A program made the translations under genes and the position numbers. 64,000 nucleotides of DNA. Source: Amphiscolops sp. MND2022 (Eukaryota). The DNA is taken from contig OZ076419.1 of the NCBI GenBank assembly GCA_964187785.1, positions 36,394,001 to 36,458,000 of the forward strand. The letters are read 5' to 3'. The notes under the pieces were generated by a model, which was not told the DNA's origin, ran no database searches, and saw only the letters and a list, made by a program, of their open reading frames with translations. Every line of letters starts with the position of its first letter. The first letter of the stretch is position 1. Shown here piece by piece: positions 26,334-36,542 of this stretch.

Positions 26334-26407
26334 CGCGTTGTCTAAGCTCGTTAAAAAGTCTTTTCAAGTAGTAACTGTATCTTCGAATTACCTCGAACAA
26401 CATGGTA

Positions 26408-26870
26408 CAGTACTGTGATTAAGAAATCGCCCCCCTGTGACGTTCTCAGCCAATCAAAATTGTATATTTGGTCTCACTTTCAATTCTGATTGGCGCATGA
26501 AGCGAAACTCACGAAAAAATGGGAAATTTCACCTTTTGAGCCTGACATTTCGGAAACGGTTGATCATTTTTGAAATCAAAATATATCTATCAATTCAGTA
26601 AGTTTTTGGGAGTAAATGAGCATAAAATTTGTCAAAAAAACTGTGGATAAGACGGTCAAAAAATAGAAAAACGGCAAAAAGTCCCAATTTTTCTCAGAAT
26701 CAGCTATTTGTAACATTCTCGATTTCTGTCTCAGAAATTTCCAAAAATTACTAATGTAAACGAGAAGAAATTCTAAGAAACTTTTTTTTGACGTTTTTCA
26801 GAATTTCAAACCGATTTTGAGAAAATCGAGCCTAAAAACGCCCGGGGGCGTTTTCTTAATCAAAGTACTG
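26408..26870. mobile_element. 463-bp MITE, Tc1/mariner-pogo type
   Basis: 27-bp TIRs CAGTACT(G/T)TGATTAAGAAA(T/A)CGCCCCC with 2 mismatches, flanked by TA on both sides; no coding capacity. Confidence 0.85.
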
Positions 26871-27006
26871 TACTGTTCGATCTCTTAGTTGAACAATTCG
26901 TTCAATTAGGCAGATATCTTGTCAACACTTTTGTTGATCATTGTTCTTTTAACCGCTACCACAATCCCCCGCCGGCAGTTGACGGTTGGGAATTTTCATT
27001 AATATA

Positions 27007-30000
27007 CTAATGAAAACTTATTAGTAACAAGAACAAAAGTGAGTTATGCGCTGACGGAGCAATGGCAACGACGTCTCTGTACTTCATGAAATCAGACTGC
27101 AGCCAAGCTGCAGCCAAGGCCTGACTTCGAAAGAGCGGGTAGTGAATTTTTTTTTCTGTAAGGCTTCATTCTAAAACAGTAACATGCAGTCTTAACAAAT
27201 CTGGGAGTGAGTGTCTACGGGAGGGGGACCATTGAATGACTTGGAAATTAAGAAAAATAATAAAAAGATTTTTCAAATGCAGATTTTGAACAACCATAAC
27301 TTTGAAGGTGAAAGTTCTTTTGAATGCATAAGTACCATTTTTTTCGAATACAAATACCTCTTCGGTGGGTTTGTAGCGGCTGCGGAGTGGCTGCAATCTC
27401 TCGATTGACCAATGTGAGACTAACTACGGCCTCACACCGATCGTCTTCAGCATACGGTGGCTGGTTGCATGGAGGGATGGCTGGTTGGAAATTGGAACCG
27501 ACCATGATCATCGGTTTTCGTTTCGGAACGAGGGCCAAGTTCGTCTTCTTCAGGTTGATGGTCAAGAAACTTCCTCCTGAATAACGTTTCTTGTTTGGCT
27601 CCTCGTCGAACAGCCATGTTGAAGGCAGGGAACACCTGTAACAAACACAACGTTTATCTTAACAGTTTTATTGGGGACCATTTGGGGCCTAAGTACTATT
27701 GAGATACTGTTAGGATACATATCTACCCCTCGTAAATATTATCAATTTGAGGGTTGCTCACAACAACAAAACAACGAGCATGTTTGCTAGAAGACTTACT
27801 TCTGTAGTGGAGGCTTCTCAGTCCTTCTTGTGTTCTGCCACTTTTTGGAAGAGGTGCCTGTACTCATCACCCAAGTAGTTGGGGTGCAGCTTGCGGTAGT
27901 TGTACAGCAACACACTCCACACTGTCGTCAAACTGGGATATCTGGAATACATAAATACGATACTCAAGGTAACAATTTACAAGGGAACAATTGGTGGAGG
28001 TGTGTTACATGTGACACTTATATTGTTCTATTGAGAATGCAATAATTTTTCTCAAACTTACACTTATGTTCCCTGACAAATTGCTCCTGGAGTTGTTACA
28101 AAACTTTGTTGGGGGAGTGTTTTGAATTGGTCCCGAAAGATGCTCCCGTAGTCGTTACAAAATATTGGGAGGGGTTGTGTCTTTTATTACATTTTGAATT
28201 GATTGCCGAACATGCTCCCGGAGTTGTTACAAAATAAAAAAGGGGGGTGTTTCTGCTTTCTCTAATGTCCACAAAGGATTCCTACACTTTCTCGTTCCAG
28301 CTATATAGATGGTAAAGGAAGTATAGTGATGTTGTATATCTACTATATATAAAACTTTATCGTGTATCTTCTTCAAAGTCGAAGTGGGCATCCACAATTA
28401 GTCTACTGTGCCCGAAACTCAGGAAATTGGCACCAAGTGCCATAGAGTCGCCCTGGGTAAGGACACAGTGGACCCACTTTGAAGGCAGAATAATGGCATC
28501 AGCTGCCCTTGCGTGGATGCTGTGACAGCCCCCCTCTAACGTCTGCAGGTCTCCAAATGATGTTGTTCTAAATATCACACATAAGAAACACAAATTAGGG
28601 GTTTTGATAGAATTCAGTTGGGTGCTTAATTTTAGCATTACTCGAAGAATGACAATTTTTTCCTGAAGAGATTGTCTATTTCATGTACAATAAACGATCA
28701 TAGGTTTTAGCGAAATGACGTGAAGTACGATGTTTATACTTACAGGCTGCGAGGGTCTTTCTCACTGTACTGCTGGAAGAGTTGCAAGTTCTTCCTTGTT
28801 GGCTCAACAAGCCAGAAGATTTTCTCACCGAGCAGTACCACGTAGAAAATTGACATGCTTGCGAAATCTATGTGCAACGGGGTGACACATTTGTCGTTGG
28901 ATAGTAGCAGGTAGTTCCACGTGCTCTCCGTCAAGTACCCATCGCTCTGCCAGTTTTGACTCAACATAGCGGTCGATTGCGGCATTTCGTACCGCAGTAG
29001 GTGGTGAAAACATCTAAAAACGAATGTACTTGAACTACTTGAAATTCGAAAGTTGCTTTTTTGGGAAGAAAATTTCGCAGAGACGAGTTTGTATTGTTTA
29101 CATAAGGGAACTGGGCACCTATGAAATCTAATTTGTCAGTCACTTTCAAAGTTACTTTAAAAAATTTTTTCTTCACTTTACTTCTTAACTAGTTTAGATT
29201 TTATCTAAATATCTCATTACCGCATGTTGAAGGGTGGCATCTATCACGTTGACTGGAAAGAGTCCCTCACGGGCTGCTTCTGGACCTGAACGCTGTTCCG
29301 CCAGATACTCGTCTCTGGTCAAACTTCGTATCTGCAAATACATTTTGTCTTCTAGTTCAGATGAATTTTTGTTCAATGCACAACGCAGTAGAATTGAGAC
29401 AATAGTGACTAAACACGTTGCGAAGCATCTACCACTGGATAACAAACCATTGAAAATTAACTTTGAAGGTAGTAGTACATGATTTCAAAACTACACAAAA
29501 CAAACAATTTCGTGGATTCTTCGCAAATATGTGATTTGATCAATTTTGTTTTGGCTGCGTGAACGCAGTAGAAACGGGACAATAATGATAAAACACGTTG
29601 CGAAGAATCAACCACTGGATAATAAACCATTGAAAATTAATTTTGAAGGTAGTGGTTCAGGATTTTACAACGATACACTTAGAAAACTTCGTGGATTCTT
29701 CAGAGCAATAAATACACGCGTTTGCCTATATTGCGTGCGTGTAAATCCAGGAGAGTTTTTTTGTAAGTCAACAGCAATTTATAGTGTAAAATCTCACCTC
29801 GTTCACTTTTGCCGACTTTGCAGATATGGGGACATCTGGGTTGGCAACGTGCTGCAACAAATGTTCTGCCAGAGGCAGAAACTGAGTTGCCGTGTCTTCC
29901 GGAACATAGGGAATGACGAGACCTTCCGCGTTGTCCCTGGCTCTTTTCCACAGGATAGGGAAACCATGGGACAAATAGGAGAAGATCTTCTTCGTCTGGT

Positions 30001-30928
30001 ATTCCACGGGTCCATCAAAAACAACGCACTTTGGGATGGCACTTTCAATTGTCCCCTCAATGTGCTCGTAGTACCTAAGAACAAAAAATTAACTACCTTG
30101 TATTCAAGGTCTTTATTATCCTGGCAACAAAAACCAATTCGGAATAAACATTGATTTTAAACTACCTATAGGCAAAAAAGTTTGAATTTCGACATCTGTT
30201 GTATTGTGTTAAGGTCAGCTATAGTTTTAACTTAATACGTATTTTATATTTCCTTCATTTCGTTCAAATTTGCAATAACATATTTTGCCTAATATTACTT
30301 GATTACAATATGTATTCTGTAGCATTGTTTTCAGCTCCAATTTCCATTACCTGTAAGTGCCGTCCTTGGCCGACTTTCTGGGGAACCGTGAGAAGTTCAT
30401 GTCCTTGAACCTGTGATGCGGCGCTCGCTCCAGATGGCGCTGCAGATTGCTCCGGGAAGAAAACTGCTCTCCACACCCCGCACAGCTCGTTGACTTGAGT
30501 TTCCCTGTTACAGTCTCTGGAATAAAGCAAAAACCAACTTAAAACATGGGCGTTACATTTCAATACCGCAAGCTCAACTATCAAATTATCATTAATTTCT
30601 TTAAAGTATAAAAGATTCTTGTAACCATATGATTTGTATCAAAACAGTTTCTGTAGATAGGTTTAAAATGAGATCAGTAACTTCTGTATTTCTTCAGGGC
30701 TGGGGAGTCACCTTGAGCCAATTCACTTGCCTTCTTGGCACAGCTCTGCGTCTGCTGATGGCGTTTGAGAGCATCTTTTGTCGACACAGGTTGTAAACAC
30801 ACGTCGCAAGTGAAACCACCACTTCCGCTCGCCTCCTCCGGCACCGGCGTGGGCCTTTGGCATTTTTGGACGTGTCTGTTGTAGTTAAACAACCTGGTCG
30901 ACTCGTACGGGCACTTGGGACACTTCAT
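27007..30928 (-). pseudogene. Multi-exon zinc-finger + JmjC + ELM2/SANT-like gene, copy B, with lesions
   Basis: Exon-by-exon paralog of copy A: CPKC..RHVQKC, CDVC..RHQQTQSC, CAGCGEQFSSRSNLQRHLERAPH; TPLHIDFASMSIFYVVLLGEKIFWLVEP; AADAIILPSKWVHCVLT; IMVGSNFQPAIP. It has a small deletion before the JmjC core, a TGA in the post-JmjC exon and an 11-bp duplication in the last exon. Confidence 0.85.
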
Positions 30929-32422
30929 CTGGGCTTTTGGCGGCTCTTTCTGGTTTTTAAAAAGAAATCAATTTATTTGTTTATTTGGTTTTCTCAAGTT
31001 CTGTTTCCTAATTCCCTTATATTCATCACGCTCATGGAGCCGTTACAACCACCGCTCCTGGAGTCGTTACATCTAACTAAACATTTGTATTTAGTCCTGT
31101 TATGATTATGCTCATGGAGTCGTTACAGGAATTTCCCAAATAACATAAGAGCAAAAACCATAAAATTAGTTTCAAATAACAAAACTCTAATGGGTTTCAC
31201 TAAACACGATATTTGAAACTTATTTCAGTTTCATGTTATTTGACACTAATTTTGCTTCTATGCTATTTGCACTTGCTATTTGGTACGTAATTGTCGTTAA
31301 ATATTTCTAAACATTTGTGTTATATCTTCAAGATATCTTCAACTAATTTTATGCTATTGGCTCTTATGTTATTCGGGAAATCCCCGTAACGACTCCATGA
31401 GCATGATAATAACTGGACTAAATACAAACGTTTAGTCAGATGTAACAACTCCATGAGCGCGACGAAAATAAGTTATTTTCATCGCGCTCTTGGAGTCGTT
31501 ACATCTGGCTAAATGTTTGTTTTAACTGGAACAGCTGCAACTTTTTGGGACGGGAAAGCTTAAATTGTACCAAAAATAAAACACTTGATTTTCTTCACTG
31601 GAAGATTGAAATTGTTTGATTGTTCAAATTGGAGTCTTCGCTTGCAGTCTTCGTGAAATTCTTCAGGAGGTTGAGAAAACGACTGATTGTCAGCAGCACT
31701 GGTTGTTTAATAACGTTATTGGATAAAGCGCGGGATCTTGAAGTTTGTTTACATGACGCACCAAATTCTGCGAGTCATGGTCACGTGACAAAATGTTCAT
31801 CTAATTCCATGTACATGTAACGTTTTTGGATCAAGCGAGGTATTTTGTGTACATGACGCACTAAAGTCTGCGAGTCATGCTCACGTGACAAAACGTTCTT
31901 TAAAGATTTGTAGAGATTTTAAAGAATTGTAAAGAGCAAGGGAGGAAATGAGTGAAATAATGGAAGAATTCACGAAGAAATTCTATTTTCATAAATTCTT
32001 TTACGAACCATGCCGGGACTGAACGAAATTTTCACCGAACGGAACCGAAAGTATCGGAGATGATATGACGCCATAAAGAACTATATTGAATTTAATGTAG
32101 TTAACGAATGATTTCGCTCTTATCAATGCAATCTATTTGAACGCTCCTGGGAGTCGTTACAAAAATAACTGTTTCATTAAAATGATATAAAGTTTTCCGA
32201 GGTTAATAATTGGAAGGAGGAGGGTTTTTGATACATTTTCTTTGTTCCTGGAGTCGTTACAAAATTATCAATACAAACACAGGTTTTTTGATTATTTGAA
32301 TTATCAATACAAAAAACGTTAGGAAACTTAGGAAAAGAAGTTTGATCATTAGTAGTTTGCACAGTTGAAGTCTCAAGTTGAACAAATGTGGGCGATGGAA
32401 TGTTGGTGGGCGATAGAAAACC

Positions 32423-32783
32423 AATGTACTACTACCTTTGAATAACAAATAGCAATGGTTTAAAATTGATCTCTAGATTCTTCAAACAATGCTTTAAAGT
32501 GACGTTCTCAATTCTAGAGCGCTTTCTAAACGGGAGCTGAGCTGATGGTGTTCGAAGAATCCACAAAAAAGCCGAAGAACTTGCTCAAAACATGTGTAAT
32601 ACTACGTACATATAGTAACCAGTAAAGGGTCAAAATTGATCTCTAGATTCTTCAAACAATGCTTTAAAATTACTTTCTCAGTTCCAGAGCGCTTTCTAAG
32701 CGCGAGCTGAGATAATGTTTTTCGAAGAATCCACAAATTTCACCAAACTACTTGCTCAATTTTTGTGTGCTGGAGAATTGGAA
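32423..32783 (+). repeat. Dispersed ~360-bp direct repeat, copy 2
   Basis: Matches 24115-24478. Confidence 0.85.
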
Positions 32784-32981
32784 CTGACGAACGTGAATAG
32801 TTATTTGGAAACGTTTCAAATTTGAACATTTTAAAATATTACAGACGGACGTTACATATCTCATGCGGAGAAAAATGTCATAAACTGTTCCTTTTCTTAT
32901 TTTACTTGAAAAGAGCCACATATGTATCGTCTGGCTGCTCTTTTGTTCTTGTTCTTTTGCGAGAGAGTTTTAAGGAAGTAA

Positions 32982-35900
32982 TCAAAATCTGTAATCACCG
33001 TCTGATGCTCCGGCGTTTCTTTGTCTCTCAAATAATGGGCGTTGATCGTTGACACAAGCTCGCTTGATTGTATCATTACCTGACATCACGTATTCGGAAG
33101 GATCCAAAACACAGCCTATTTTCATCTTCAATGTATGTCACCTTTATAAATTTGAAATCAGTGGCGGCAAAATTCCCTGCATATTCTGGCTGTTCCTTGA
33201 GCTGCTGCTTTCTTCATTGTTTTCGATGCAGCCGGTTTCCGTTGAGTTGTCGACGTACATGTGTCGCTGTCCGATTCAGGAGCCGCGCATTGCTCACTCC
33301 GCGTTGCCCTGAGTAATTCAGTGTCGTTTTTTAACACAACAAAACAGTTTGGGGTTGAAGAATGACGCTTAGATAGACCAAGAGTTTTGTCCTTACTCAA
33401 CACCCCCCCAAACGGGTAATTGTATCCTCTAGTGCTTTTGCAGTATTCCAGAGAAGTGTCCAACCACGTGAAACCGAAGTGCACTCAACAACCTGCATGA
33501 ATCACGAGTGGCACCTATTTCTATAATGGCAGGCTTGACAACATTTTTGCAGATTTCAAAATAAGTTGTAGTTTGTTCGTATTCTTTTTGCAGTTGGGTA
33601 AACAAATCGCTCACTGCTATTTTTTTCTGTTTCGAAACTATGTCGAGATAATGGCAGTAAGAAAAACAACCTTCAAAAAATAAAGGATCAGGGTTGTACA
33701 GTTTCCCTCCGCCTCGCATCGTTTTTCTTTGGAACTCCTTGTGTGCGTGATGGTTTGATTTCTCCATCGTCTCACACATGTGGTGCCAGGGACTACGAAC
33801 AAATCCTGCCTGCATTATTTCAGGTACTAGCATCATTTCCAATTTATAGGGTGTCAGACCTTCTTTTCCGGAAAAAAGAAGCAGCGATGACTGGTAGTAT
33901 GTCTCTGACCAGAACTTGAATTGCTCCACGTCTAGTCCGTGTTTGGATGACCGGAAAATGATGGCACGTTTGTTAAGAATTCCTTGTAAAAGATTCGCGC
34001 AATCGTTTGTTGTGAACTGTTCAGATTTCTCTAGATTAGGTTGCATTTTTTTTAGAACTGCAAAAGCGTTGGTGGCAGCACGTGGAATTTCTTTGTCTGT
34101 GTTGTTTTTTACATTCTCAAAAAGGATTTCTTTTCCCCATTGTCTGTGTTGTTGTTTACATTCTCAAAAAGGATTTCTTTTCCCCATTTCGTTCTCGAAA
34201 AGGTTCGGAATATCTTGCCCAAGTTCATCTTTGTCAGCGATAGCAATTAGCGTTGAAGTTCCTGATAGCGATACAGGTCCAACAACTCCTTTTTTCAAAT
34301 CGGTGCCTTTCACTTGCAGGTCAAATTGGAATCTGGGTTTTTTCATCTCTCTTCGAGTGCAGTTATCTTCCAACTGTTGTAAGGCCACTTTGTAAAGCGG
34401 TTTCTCGTTTACTATTTTATGTGCTGCTTTGCGAAGGTCACTCTCTACACACCTTGTGATCATATGCGTAACGTCTAGCATGACACATCTTATATCCTCA
34501 AGGTACACTAGAGAATTTTGTGGAACTTCTTTTCTGAAAGGCGCTTCGAGATCGTGGCGTAATCCAGTGTTTTTATCCACATCTGTAGGAAAAAATTTTT
34601 CAGATCCCACATATAAAGCCAAATCAGACGGGTACAGGTTCGATGCATCGCTGTCTATCGCCAGTATGAGACGATACAGAAAAGGACTGTCGCAGGAACA
34701 TGTAACCACCGCCCCTTGTGTGCTTAACTCTTTTGTTTGCTTGTACAGCCACCCCGTCTCCTGTTTTCCATCTATATCTGGCCCCCAATTTTGCTCCAGT
34801 ACAAATCTGCTATCTTTTCCTCGGAAAGCTAAACAAAACGACTTTAAAAAATGCTTATTAGAAGAATTTGGATATTTTTATCTTACAAAATTTTCTAGAT
34901 TGTGTACATTGAATTGATTTCAAATCATACGGTAAATTAGGTAGTAAAATTGAGGAGCTAAGAAGTACACATAATATGAAAATTCTATGATTGGATGAGA
35001 AAACATGTGAAAATATAATTTGAAGGTAGTGGTCATGAATACATACTAATGTCATATTTTTTTTGGAATCTTCAAAACAAAAAAAATCTACTAGGTTAAT
35101 TGATAAAAGAAAGCAAATTGCTAACTTACCACTGAAGCAAGCAAAACGTTATGCTTGATGACTGTGCTGTGATTTCCTCCGAGAAATCCTGTAAAATTCG
35201 GAAACACATCCTTGTGTGATCAATACCACCAACTTCACAGCCGTCACCCCACAAATCAATGTTCAGCCCCGGTATCTTTTCTCTGCTCCGATGTTAAAAT
35301 GGAAAGTTTAGGTTTGTTTGTTTTTTTGAAGAAAGTGATTATTGGGTTTTCTTTCAGAAATCTACCGACGAAGTTCCGCTCATCTTGTTTCCATGTGTAA
35401 ATGGAATATTGCATGAAGGTGGCAGAGTCCTGGACCACTGTGGCCAATCAGCTAAAATTCGCAGCCTCAAGCTGATATGGAGGAAAGAACAACCTCTCGT
35501 TCTCGTTACAATGGCCTCGGAGCAATGCGAGGACGTTTTAATCACCATGCCCTCGACGAAAGTTGTGTTCCAGGAGGAGAACTTTATGAGCAACACAAAT
35601 CATGAAAAATTAACTGGAAGCGTTGAACACCCTGTTGGTAGGGTGTGCTCGGTGTTTGCAGCCGTGAAAAACGCCGTTGAAATCGCCTTGTTGTCGCGGA
35701 CTGGGTATGCAGGGATCTTACGTGTTGCGAATGATCTTTCCACAACAGCCCTTGGAAAACAATAAAGACGTGATATTCCAAAAATCAATTCCCGCAGACG
35801 AAAAAGGATGCCATGAGTCATGGGACACTGTGTTGGGCAAACAGTGGGACAGGAAGGCTGGCGGTTATAGCGAGACAGACAAATTCATCAAGTCGATGAG

Positions 35901-36086
35901 ATTCATGATAAAAAATCTTTTGCTGTATCGTTGATAAAATGCAGCGTTGTAGTGTTCGGTGGTGTTTACCCAGTCACGAAGTACATGGAGATCATTCAAC
36001 AAAATATGGCGGCAGATATGGAGGAAAACGTCCTGTAGTTCACGATGTATTGGAGTCAATTCTTTTTGAAACTTTTTAGATTTCAA
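32982..36086 (-). pseudogene. RAG1/Transib(Chapaev)-like DDE transposase with C-terminal BRCT-like domain, intron-containing, disrupted
   Basis: Ordered motifs: IDLWGDGCEVGG (D at 35243-5), LFRGKDS, TCSCDSPFLYRL (D at 34689-91), MLDVTHMITR, LTPYKLEMMLVPE, CETMEKSNHH..F.RKTMRGGG (E at 33762-4), then LSALRFHVVG..LEDTITRLGG..TPNCFVVL..FKFIKVTYI..LDPSEY (BRCT-like). An intron begins at 35129 (GTAAGT). There are frameshifts and a 47-bp tandem duplication near 34095-34190. Confidence 0.75.
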
Positions 36087-36542
36087 ACCTTTAAAAGGTT
36101 GTTTTTCTTTGTAATCAAATACTTTTGTGCTGCATGGAACATTTATAAAATAAATTATTCTCCTCGTTTGTTTATTCTCCTTACAAAGTTGAATGTAAGA
36201 AAAAGTTATTAAAAACCATATACGCTCCTGGAGTTGTTACATTGTCATTTTTGAAATGTTGTTTACAATATAAATATTTCATCAAAAAACTCTGAAAATG
36301 ACATTTCAATTTGAACCTACGTCTCATTCTGCCGATATCCTATTCTTTTCAACTCTTGCGTACAATGAGTCACAATATACAAAATTTAACAATTGAATCA
36401 AGTAGCAAAAACCAGTCACAATGAGAAAATAAAAGAATTCCGAAAGTCAACGTTTGTCTTGATCAAAATAGCTCTAGCTGAGACTATCAATTCGGGTGAT
36501 TCACCTAACGCGCCATCACACATCAGCTAACCCAAAAAATAT

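Noticed and set aside
15054-36246. CACAATG at 15054 and CATTGTC at 36240 as Transib/RSS-like heptamer ends
   Set aside because: The right copy is imperfect, similarity does not extend inward, and there is no 5-bp TSD. The longer inverted matches at 14629/37284 are better supported, though also unproven.
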